Positions 1 to 6,260 of a DNA stretch of 10,070 bases are shown one piece after another. The position numbers and the translations under genes were made by a program. The stretch is taken from assembly GCA_041497895.1 (NCBI GenBank), contig JBGQHJ010000167.1, positions 1 to 10,070 on the forward strand, given 5' to 3'. The notes beneath the pieces were generated by a model that did not search any database, was not told the origin of the DNA, and saw nothing but the letters and a program-made list of their open reading frames with translations. This DNA is from Candidatus Methylomirabilia bacterium. GTDB taxonomy: Bacteria; Methylomirabilota; Methylomirabilia; Rokubacteriales; CSP1-6. Positions within the stretch are counted from its first letter, which is position 1. Every line of letters begins with the position of its first letter.

Positions 1-1
1 A

Positions 2-139
2 CCCCCGCCCGACGGCGACGTCGAGGCCTACACCGCGACGTTCAACCTGGCGATCGAGGCGGCGATCCGTCGTGCGCCGGAGCAGTGGCTGTGGATGCAC
101 GCCCGGTGGCGGACCCGTCCACGGGAAGTGGCCTCATGA
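2..139 (+). CDS. C-terminal fragment of lipid A biosynthesis lauroyl/acyltransferase (LpxL/HtrB family), 5'-truncated by the window
   Basis: Not in the ORF track. Frame +2 translates PPPDGDVEAYTATFNLAIEAAIRRAPEQWLWMHARWRTRPREVAS*. The 'IRxxPEQWxWxHxRW' ending is characteristic of LpxL/HtrB-family acyltransferases. TGA at 137-139 overlaps the next ATG (ATGA). Confidence 0.8.
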   Translation, partial: PPPDGDVEAYTATFNLAIEAAIRRAPEQWLWMHARWRTRPREVAS

Positions 140-840
140 TCGGAGCCCGCATCGGCCGGTCCCTGGCCCTCACGGGTGTCCTGCTGCTCCTCGCCGGCTC
201 GGGGCTCGAGGCCGACGAGCCGGTCGCCGACCTTGTCGCACCCTATCTCAGGGCGCGGAGCGACCGGGCCCTGGGCACCGTGACGGCGAAAGCGTACGCC
301 GAGCCCACCCGTCCCAACGCCAACCCGACACCCCAGCCGTCGGTGTCGGTCACGCTCATCCCGTACTCGGCGGCCTTCGAGGCCGAGCTGGACGCGGCCA
401 AGGCAGGGCTTCGCGATTCGCTCGAGGCCTACTTGCAGGCGGTGGCCCGGATCGAGGACGCGCGGGTCGACTACGAGCGGGGCCTGCTCGGGGCCGGCGC
501 GGGAGAGCTGGTCCGCACCCAGATGACCGATGCCCACGGGACCGCCGAGCTCGGCGACCTGCCCGCGGGTGACTGGCTCGTGCTCGCCTGGCGGGAGGGA
601 GGCCACCTGTCGAAGCGGTTCAAGCTGCGCGATACCGAGGCATCCCGCTACCCGAACGTGACGACCAACGTGACGTACTCGGTGGTGACCTACTGGCGGG
701 CACGGGTGACGGTGCGGGCGGGGGAGACCTCGGAGGTTACGATGCACGACCGGAACGTGTGGCTGACCGCTGCTCGGCAGGAGGGCGGTACCCCGGTCAC
801 GCCGCGCCGGCCGTCGGGGTCCGGCACCAAGCGACGCTAG
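136..840 (+). CDS. Secreted hypothetical protein (signal peptide; beta-rich carboxypeptidase-regulatory-like segment possible)
   Basis: Within ORF 85..840. ATG at 136 overlaps the upstream stop (ATGA coupling) and gives a signal peptide MIGARIGRSLALTGVLLLLAGSGLEA. 'TDAHGTAELGDLPAGDWLVLA' resembles prealbumin-like/carboxypeptidase regulatory folds. Codons are GC3-rich. Confidence 0.7.
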   Translation: MIGARIGRSLALTGVLLLLAGSGLEADEPVADLVAPYLRARSDRALGTVTAKAYAEPTRPNANPTPQPSVSVTLIPYSAAFEAELDAAKAGLRDSLEAYLQAVARIEDARVDYERGLLGAGAGELVRTQMTDAHGTAELGDLPAGDWLVLAWREGGHLSKRFKLRDTEASRYPNVTTNVTYSVVTYWRARVTVRAGETSEVTMHDRNVWLTAARQEGGTPVTPRRPSGSGTKRR

Positions 841-866
841 GGCGCCACCTCGCTTCGGTGGCGCCC
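840..866. terminator. GC-rich hairpin between convergent genes (possible bidirectional terminator or pause site)
   Basis: GGGCGCCACC (840-849) and GGTGGCGCCC (857-866) form a perfect 10-bp stem with a 7-nt loop between stops at 840 (+) and 881 (-). No clear U-tract on either strand. Confidence 0.5.
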
Positions 867-880
867 CTGGTCGTGGCGGG

Positions 881-1123
881 TTACTTCTTCTCTTCCTTCT
901 TGTCCATCTTGTCCATCTTGTCCTTGTCCATCTTCTTGTCCGTCTTCTTCTTCTTGGCGGCCGCTTTCTTCTCGCCCTTCTTGTCCATATCGCCCTTCTT
1001 CTCCATCATCTCGCCCTTCTTCTCATCCTTGGGGGCGGGAGTCTGGGCGAAGGTCTGCGGGATGGCCAGACCGATAGCGAAGGAGAACGCGATGCCGACT
1101 ACCAGGGCAACGAGCTTCTTCAT
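881..1123 (-). CDS. Small secreted low-complexity Lys/Asp/Met-rich protein (pentapeptide MXKDX-like)
   Basis: Signal peptide MKKLVALVVGIAFSFAIGLAIPQTFA followed by a tail with KKGE/KKGD and MDK repeats. Strong Shine-Dalgarno AAGGAGGTGA (minus strand 1139-1130) 6 nt upstream of the ATG. Stop is TAA. Confidence 0.85.
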   Translation of the reverse strand: MKKLVALVVGIAFSFAIGLAIPQTFAQTPAPKDEKKGEMMEKKGDMDKKGEKKAAAKKKKTDKKMDKDKMDKMDKKEEKK

Positions 1124-1188
1124 GGCATGTCACCTCCTTTCCACATTGACTGGATCAGCGCTAAAAAGGCCTTTCTTAAAGGCGACTT

Positions 1189-1217
1189 AGGATACGGGGC
1201 GACTCCGCGAGTGTCAA
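1189..1217 (-). promoter_or_regulatory. sigma70-type promoter for the 881..1123 gene
   Basis: Minus strand: TTGACA (1217-1212), exact 17-nt spacer, TATCCT (1194-1189), in an AT-enriched divergent intergenic region. Confidence 0.7.
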
Positions 1218-1254
1218 GAGATATTCTCCAAAATGACGGCTCCGCCTCCCCCCG

Positions 1255-1283
1255 TTGCTCTAAATATCCGGTCGTGATAAAAA
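1255..1283 (+). promoter_or_regulatory. Possible sigma70-type promoter for the transglycosylase gene
   Basis: TTGCTC (1255-1260), 17-nt spacer, TG-n-TAAAAA (TG 1275-1276; 1278-1283). The -10 lacks the conserved final T, so this is a weak call. Confidence 0.3.
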
Positions 1284-1287
1284 GTTC

Positions 1288-2562
1288 ATGCCACTCCTTT
1301 ACCTGATGGGCTCCTCGATCCGGCTGCTCCTGATTGGTGTCGTGCTCCTGTCACCCGGCTACCTGGCCCAGCCAGCAGCAGCCGGGACGGAGCCCGAGAC
1401 GCAATCTGCATGGAGCGGCGATCCTGGTGTCGAGCCGGCCGCGGCCGCCCCGACCGAAGACAACGGAGCGGTTCTCCCGGCGCTAACGCCGGTCACGGGC
1501 GACGGGTCCGCCGCCCCGGACGTCGACCTGTGGGCCGAGTTCTTCACGACGCCCGCCCCGACCGTACTGGCCAAGCCGGAGCCAGCCCCCGCAGTCGCCC
1601 GAGCGGTCGCCTCGGTGCCGGCGGGCCCTCCGAAGGGCGGAGCCGTCGCGGGTGGCTACACGATCCAGCAGAACGACACCGTCCGGCGCTTCCTCGACCA
1701 GTTCCAGACTGGATACCGTCGGGCGGTGGTGGAGCGGTGGCTCACCCGGTCCGGCCGGTTCCTGCCGATGATCCTGGAGGTCTTCAAGCAGAAGGGACTG
1801 CCCGAGGAGCTGGTCTTCACCGCGATGATCGAGAGTGGCTTCGATCCGGTCGCGGTCTCCCGCGCGGGGGCCAAGGGGCTCTGGCAGTTCATGGCTCCCA
1901 CCGCGAGGCAGTACGGCCTGCGGGTCGATCGGTGGCTCGACGAGCGGCTCGACCCGGAGAAGTCGACGGTCGCGGCGGCCAACTATCTGAAGGACCTCTA
2001 CACGATCTTCGGCTCCTGGGACCTGGTGCAGGCCGCGTACAACGCGGGTGAGATGAAGGTCATCCGGGCCATCCAGGGCACCGGGACCCGGGATTTCTGG
2101 AGCCTCACGCACAGCCGCCTCCTGCGAGACGAGACCAAGAACTACGTGCCGGCCATCCACGCGGTCACGCTCATCAGCCAGGAGCCCGAGCAGTACGGCT
2201 TCGCGGTGACCCCGGACGAGCCTCTGAGCTACGAGCGGATCACGGTGCCGAAGGGGACCAGCCTCAAGCATGTGGCGTCGCTCTCCGCGATCCCGTTCGA
2301 CGAGCTGGTGCGGCTGAACTCCGAGCTCCGCATGAAGCAAACCCCGCCGGACTCGCCGTATCACCTGAAGGTTCCGCTCGGCACCGGCCCGGCCCTGCAG
2401 GCGGGTCTCGAGCGCGAGGTGGAGGCCAAGAAGGCCGCCGCCGCTGCCCGCCTGGCCGAGCGCAGCCCGAAGAAGAAGGGGCAGCTCGCGGCCCAGAAGA
2501 CGGCCACCGTGAAGCCGCGCGCCAGCCACCGTCACGACACGGAGCAGGGCGGCTTCCGCTAG
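1288..2562 (+). CDS. Lytic murein transglycosylase, MltD-like (SLT domain plus LysM-like segment)
   Basis: Catalytic motif 'AMIESGFDPVAVSRAGAKGLWQFM', 'AAYNAGE' and 'ETKNYVP', then LysM-like 'VPKGTSLKHVASLSAIPFDELVRLNSEL'. N-terminal signal and Pro/Ala linker. Start could be 1288 or 1306. Confidence 0.9.
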   Translation: MPLLYLMGSSIRLLLIGVVLLSPGYLAQPAAAGTEPETQSAWSGDPGVEPAAAAPTEDNGAVLPALTPVTGDGSAAPDVDLWAEFFTTPAPTVLAKPEPAPAVARAVASVPAGPPKGGAVAGGYTIQQNDTVRRFLDQFQTGYRRAVVERWLTRSGRFLPMILEVFKQKGLPEELVFTAMIESGFDPVAVSRAGAKGLWQFMAPTARQYGLRVDRWLDERLDPEKSTVAAANYLKDLYTIFGSWDLVQAAYNAGEMKVIRAIQGTGTRDFWSLTHSRLLRDETKNYVPAIHAVTLISQEPEQYGFAVTPDEPLSYERITVPKGTSLKHVASLSAIPFDELVRLNSELRMKQTPPDSPYHLKVPLGTGPALQAGLEREVEAKKAAAAARLAERSPKKKGQLAAQKTATVKPRASHRHDTEQGGFR

Positions 2563-2565
2563 ACC

Positions 2566-2808
2566 GTGAAGGTGGAAGTCCACCTCACGGCCACCCTCCG
2601 GGCGTACCTGCCCCCCGGCACCGCCGGTGACCACCTGCTGCTCGACCTGCCTCGGGGCACCACCGTCGGCCAGGTGGTACACTCCCTCCGGATTCCGGCC
2701 GATCTCGAGCGCCTGACCGTCGTCAATGGTCGGGACGCCGCCCCCGATCAGGCGCTGTCGGAGGGTGACGTGTTGTCGCTGTTCCCGCCGCTGGCCGGCG
2801 GCCGCTAG
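2566..2808 (+). CDS. MoaD/ThiS-family ubiquitin-like sulfur carrier protein
   Basis: 80 aa, beta-grasp pattern 'MKVEVHLTATLRAYLP...VVNGR....L.EGDVLSLFPPLAGG'. GTG start 3 nt after the upstream stop. Ends GG-R-stop. Confidence 0.88.
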   Translation: MKVEVHLTATLRAYLPPGTAGDHLLLDLPRGTTVGQVVHSLRIPADLERLTVVNGRDAAPDQALSEGDVLSLFPPLAGGR

Positions 2809-2824
2809 CCCGGAGGAGACACAC

Positions 2825-3796
2825 ATGCCCACCGTGAGATTGCGGGACGCGTCCGAATATCCCGAGGCGGCCCAGAAGCTGTTCGAGCTCTCCAAGGCCT
2901 GGTTCAACTACGACTTCGCCCAGCCCGCGGCGATGAGCCGCGTGATGGCCTGGGACGGGGGCTTCGGCGCGCCCCACGGGCGCGCCATGAAGCGCGCGAT
3001 GGGCCCGGGGGAGTTCACCCGGGCCGAGACGGAGATGGTCGCCGCGGTCGTGAGCGGCGTCAACGCCTGCAACTACTGAGTGCGCGCGCATACTGCAGCC
3101 GGGAAGCTGCAGGGGATGCAGGACGACGCCTTCTGGTACGAGGCGGCGCAGGTGGTGGGTATCACCAACGCGCTGAACGTGGTGGCCGACACGCTCGGCG
3201 AGGTCGGCCCGGAGTTCACGCCGGTCGACCCCGCGACCGCGACCGGTGAGACGCGGGTGCTCTTCGAGGGAATCGGGGCCTTCTACGAGTCCGCCCAGGT
3301 CCCGCTGCCGTTCCGGCTCATGGCTCGCGACCCCGGCTACGCGGGGGACGTGTGGGCCGCGGCCCGTCATGCTTTCTCCGACCACCAGCTGAGCCGGCGG
3401 CTGAAAGAGGCCCTCGCCTTCGCGGTCTCGGTGACCTCCCGCTCCCGCTTCGGCACCGGGTTTCACCTGGCCGAGATGCGGCGGCTGGGCGTGGGCGAGC
3501 GCGGGGTGATGGAGGTGCTGGGGGTGACGCAGATGTTCTCCAGCTACACCAAGATCGCCGACACCCTGCAGCTGGAGCCGGACATGGGCGACATCGCGCC
3601 CGTCGATCACTCGCCCGCGCCGGGGGGCGCGCCGGCCCCGGCCGGCCGACGGGCGGGGGGAGACGGTCAGGTCAAGGGCACGTCGCGGGCGAAGATCTCG
3701 AAGGGCGACCGACGGGTCGCCTCCAGGGCCTCGCGGATCAGCGCCTCGCCGTCGCCCGCGCCGGTCTCGAGGAGGGCGGCGAAGAAGGCGGTATAG
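2825..3796 (+). CDS. AhpD/carboxymuconolactone-decarboxylase-family selenoprotein with CxxU motif (Sec85, UGA at 3077-3079) and tandem-duplicated domain, 323 aa
   Basis: SD GGAGGAG at 2812-2818 and ATG at 2825. Track ORFs 2726..3079 and 3080..3796 are in the same frame, separated only by TGA. Read-through gives EMVAAVVSGVNACNYUVRAH, matching the AhpD 'E...xxS..N.CxYC...H' motif with Sec at the second Cys. A SECIS-like hairpin follows, and selABC are in the window. Confidence 0.88.
3088..3119 (+). promoter_or_regulatory. Bacterial SECIS-like stem-loop
   Basis: CTGCAGC (3093-3099), loop CGGGAA (3100-3105), GCTGCAG (3106-3112) is a perfect 7-bp stem. A lower stem pairs GCAT (3088-3091) with ATGC (3116-3119). 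The apical loop begins 20 nt after the UGA and has G in its second position. Confidence 0.78.
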
Positions 3797-4911
3797 AAGT
3801 GGTCCGGGTAGACCGTGACGGTCACCCGCAGCGTGAGCCCGGCGCGATCGAGCGGTCGGCCGTAGCGGAGCGCGAAGCGGCCGCCCGGCGGGATCCGCGT
3901 GTCGGCAATCTCGCGCGACAGGTCGAGCGGCACCTGGCGGCCGATGACGCGCTCCTCGGTCGTGCCCTCGACGGGCGATCCGTCCGGTCCCACCAACAGC
4001 GCCCGCACCACGACCTGGGGGGTCACGTAGGTCGGAAAGTAGTGCCCGACCCGCACGCTCGCCACCGTCACCGTGGCGCGCAGTGGCTGGCCCGCCCGAT
4101 ATCGGGGGCGATCGAGCGCGAGGCTCACCCGCACCCCCGACTTCACCATGTCCGGATCGTGGATGCCGCGCCAGCGATGGCGCCGATCGGGCATGTGGCA
4201 GTTCTGGCACTGCAGCCCGCCGCGGGCTGCGGGACTGTCTCGCCACTCCGCGTAGGTGTTCTCGAGCGGCTTGCCGTTCAGGTGAAGGCCGCCCGGCCCG
4301 AACTGGTGGCAGGCGGCGCAGAACTCGGCGCGGAGGTAGGCTGAAACGTAGGTGGCGCCGTTGTGCGGCAGCGCGGCCCGGGGCGCGCCGGGCTTCGGGC
4401 TGCCCGCGCGGGGTGGTGGCCCGAAGCGCTGATTCTGGCGCACGTGGCAGGTCGCGCACACCACGCCCTGCCGCTCCAGCGAGGCGTCGAAGCCGGGGTT
4501 GGCCTCGAGGCCCGCGGCGCCCCGTATCAGCGGGGATTGCTCCGCGAGCGGGGCATGGCAGACGAGGCAGCCCCGCGCTCCGGCCGGATCCCGGCGCGCC
4601 ATCTCCACGAGCTGGCCGGCGACACCCGGGCCCCGGCTCCGTGCGTGGATGCTGTCCCGCCAGTCCTGGTACTGAGCCGCGTGACAGGTGCCGCAGTCCG
4701 CAGGCGCGAGCGAGCGCTCGATCGGTGCGAACGCCGCGGGGGCATCGCCCTGGGGCGCGATCGGCATGCGCCAGTGCCGCTCGAGAAATGCCTCCTCCGC
4801 CGGGGTGATCGGCCCGGGTGAGGCTGCACCGTCGCCCGACGCCGGATGCGCGTGAGGGACGATCGTCAGGACCAGGCTGGCCAGCAGCAGGTGATACCGG
4901 GGCCGGCTCAC
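3667..4911 (-). CDS. Periplasmic/secreted multiheme cytochrome c (5 CxxCH motifs; c554-like N-terminal region)
   Basis: CGTCH (4695-4681), CLVCH (4569-4555), CATCH (4458-4444), CAACH (4320-4306), CQNCH (4209-4195). 'CHAAQYQDWRDSIH' and 'TYAEWRDS...CQNCHM' are typical of c554-like multihemes. Signal peptide after the GTG start; beta-rich C-terminal domain. Confidence 0.88.
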   Translation of the reverse strand: MSRPRYHLLLASLVLTIVPHAHPASGDGAASPGPITPAEEAFLERHWRMPIAPQGDAPAAFAPIERSLAPADCGTCHAAQYQDWRDSIHARSRGPGVAGQLVEMARRDPAGARGCLVCHAPLAEQSPLIRGAAGLEANPGFDASLERQGVVCATCHVRQNQRFGPPPRAGSPKPGAPRAALPHNGATYVSAYLRAEFCAACHQFGPGGLHLNGKPLENTYAEWRDSPAARGGLQCQNCHMPDRRHRWRGIHDPDMVKSGVRVSLALDRPRYRAGQPLRATVTVASVRVGHYFPTYVTPQVVVRALLVGPDGSPVEGTTEERVIGRQVPLDLSREIADTRIPPGGRFALRYGRPLDRAGLTLRVTVTVYPDHFYTAFFAALLETGAGDGEALIREALEATRRSPFEIFARDVPLT

Positions 4912-5027
4912 CAGCCGAGCGTAGCATGCGCGTCCGAGGCCGTTCCGCGGCCGCCCTCGGATCGCCGGGGGAGCTCAGGCGGGGTGCCGGGCGAGCACTC
5001 TACGGTGCCGGGGACATCGAACGCTGG

Positions 5028-5036
5028 TGGTACACT
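5028..5036 (+). promoter_or_regulatory. Extended -10 promoter element upstream of selC
   Basis: TG-G-TACACT (TGnTAnnnT) about 32 nt upstream of the tRNA 5' end. No good -35. Confidence 0.45.
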
Positions 5037-5068
5037 GGCCAGCGCTGATTCATCAGGTAGTTAGCACC

Positions 5069-5166
5069 GGAAGCGTCTAGGATCCCGGTGGGCCTCCCGG
5101 ACTTCAAATCCGGCGTCCGGCTCTAGACAAGTCGGAGGTGGGTTCGACTCCCACACGCTTCCGCCA
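5069..5166 (+). tRNA. selC: tRNA-Sec (anticodon UCA)
   Basis: 8-bp acceptor stem GGAAGCGT/ACGCTTCC; 5-bp T-stem GTGGG-TTCGACT-CCCAC (8/5 fold); anticodon arm CCGGA-CT-TCA-AA-TCCGG (TCA at 5104-5106); long variable arm TCCGGCT/AGTCGGA; extended D-stem; G discriminator and encoded CCA; 98 nt. Confidence 0.97.
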
Positions 5167-5188
5167 TCCGGCTTCGAAGGAGCGGCAC

Positions 5189-5746
5189 ATGGCCAAGGAC
5201 GGGACGGGCAAGGGCGAGAAGTCACGCCCGACGGGGCGGTCCGCACGCCGCCGGCGGATGTGGGCCACCGGGCTCGGGATCGCGGTTGTCGCGGCGGCCA
5301 TCGTGGGGTACTTCGCCTATCGCGCGGTGGCCGACCTGCCCGGAGTCAAGCTCGAGGACCAGGGCAACGCCCACATCCAGATGGCGAGCGAGCCCCATTC
5401 GCCGTACAACTCCGACCCGCCGACCTCCGGCCCACACCTGCCCTACATCGCCCCGTGGGGCATCCACACCGAGCCGATCGCGCGGGAGCTGCAGGTCCAC
5501 AACCTGGAGGACGGCGGCGTCGTGGTCCAGTATCGTTGCGCCACCCCGTGTCCCGAGCTCGCGGCCAAGCTCGCCGAGATCGTGCGGCGCTACGAGACGC
5601 AGGTGATCCTCGCCCCGTACCCCGCGATGCGCACGCGCATCGCGCTGACCGCGTGGACGCGGCTGGACGCGTTCGAGGACTTCGACGAGGCCCGCATCGT
5701 GCGTTTCATCCGGGCCTATCGCGGGATCGACCACCACAAAGGGTAG
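5189..5746 (+). CDS. DUF3105-like membrane-anchored protein
   Basis: SD AAGGAG at 5177-5182 and ATG at 5189 (in frame with track ORF 5138..5746). One N-terminal TM helix, then 'YNSDPPTSGPH...WG....P...LQVHNLEDGGVVVQY...IALTAW', motifs I recognise from DUF3105. Confidence 0.8.
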   Translation: MAKDGTGKGEKSRPTGRSARRRRMWATGLGIAVVAAAIVGYFAYRAVADLPGVKLEDQGNAHIQMASEPHSPYNSDPPTSGPHLPYIAPWGIHTEPIARELQVHNLEDGGVVVQYRCATPCPELAAKLAEIVRRYETQVILAPYPAMRTRIALTAWTRLDAFEDFDEARIVRFIRAYRGIDHHKG

Positions 5747-5747
5747 A

Positions 5748-6254
5748 ATGGGGCCCATGACCGAGCTCTGCGGGCGGCCCGCCGCCGCGCTCGCCGCGGC
5801 CTTCGCGCTCGTCGCCCTGGTCGGCTGCTCGCGCGTGGTCGTGTCCCCGATCGCGCCACCGCCGTACCGCGACGAGGCCTCCGCGCCTTACGACGCCACC
5901 TGGCGCGCGCTGGTGCGGGCTCTCGCGGTCGAGAACGTGCCCCTGCGGGTGGTGGCCAAGGACTCGGGCGTGATCTCGTCGGACGACTTCATCTCGCCGA
6001 TCGGGGTGTACGCCGACTGCGGGCGCATCGGCGAGGTCCTGCTGGAAGGAGAGGCGCTCGTGGCGTTCACCCTCTTCGTGCAGCCGGGACGGGATGGGGC
6101 GACCCTGATCCAGATCAATTCCAAGACGAGCACCCACGCCTACCGCCGCGGCGGCTCGGGCAAGCTCAAGACGGATCGCGTTTTCCCCTGCGTCTCGACC
6201 GGCCGCTGGGAGGCCAACCTGCTCGACTCCGTTCGCCGGCTGGTCAAGGAGTAG
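5748..6254 (+). CDS. Putative lipoprotein, unknown function
   Basis: Hydrophobic signal ending in a lipobox-like 'LVG-C'. Starts 1 nt after the upstream stop (alternative ATG 5757). 'YDATWRALVRAL...KDSGVISSD' is loosely BamC/NlpB-like. Confidence 0.7.
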   Translation: MGPMTELCGRPAAALAAAFALVALVGCSRVVVSPIAPPPYRDEASAPYDATWRALVRALAVENVPLRVVAKDSGVISSDDFISPIGVYADCGRIGEVLLEGEALVAFTLFVQPGRDGATLIQINSKTSTHAYRRGGSGKLKTDRVFPCVSTGRWEANLLDSVRRLVKE

Positions 6255-6260
6255 CGGGCC

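Noticed and set aside
137..139. TGA of the acyltransferase as a Sec codon
   Set aside because: It lies at the natural family C-terminus and forms an ATGA stop/start overlap with the next gene.
884..1030. Repetitive CTT/CTTGTCCAT tract as CRISPR or non-coding tandem repeat, and ORF 759..1190+ as a membrane protein
   Set aside because: The repeats are Lys/Asp/Met codons of the minus-strand gene, there is no repeat-spacer structure, and the Phe/Ser/Leu-rich plus-strand ORF is its antisense shadow.
3607..3669. Sec read-through of the cytochrome's TGA stop (a GCCGGC-CGGG-GCCGGC hairpin lies about 20 nt downstream on the minus strand)
   Set aside because: Read-through adds only about 19 low-complexity residues before another TGA, there is no redox motif, and such hairpins arise easily at this GC content.
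2726..3796. Two separate genes (2726..3079 and 3080..3796) or a nonsense-mutated pseudogene
   Set aside because: The TGA falls exactly at the second Cys position of the AhpD motif, a SECIS-like hairpin follows, the second ORF lacks an SD, and selABC are adjacent. ATG 2726 lies inside the MoaD/ThiS gene, whereas 2825 has an SD.
5140..5200. selC used as an integration site for a genomic island
   Set aside because: No integrase, no duplicated tRNA 3' end seen in the window and no obvious compositional shift; downstream genes run straight into selA.
5061..5301. Small minus-strand ORFs and the 5138 start overlapping the tRNA
   Set aside because: They overlap tRNA-Sec; ATG 5189 with an AAGGAG SD is the credible start.
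5189..5330. Twin-arginine signal in the DUF3105-like protein (RSARRRRMW)
   Set aside because: Poor match to S/T-R-R-x-F-L-K; more simply a positive-inside patch before a TM anchor.
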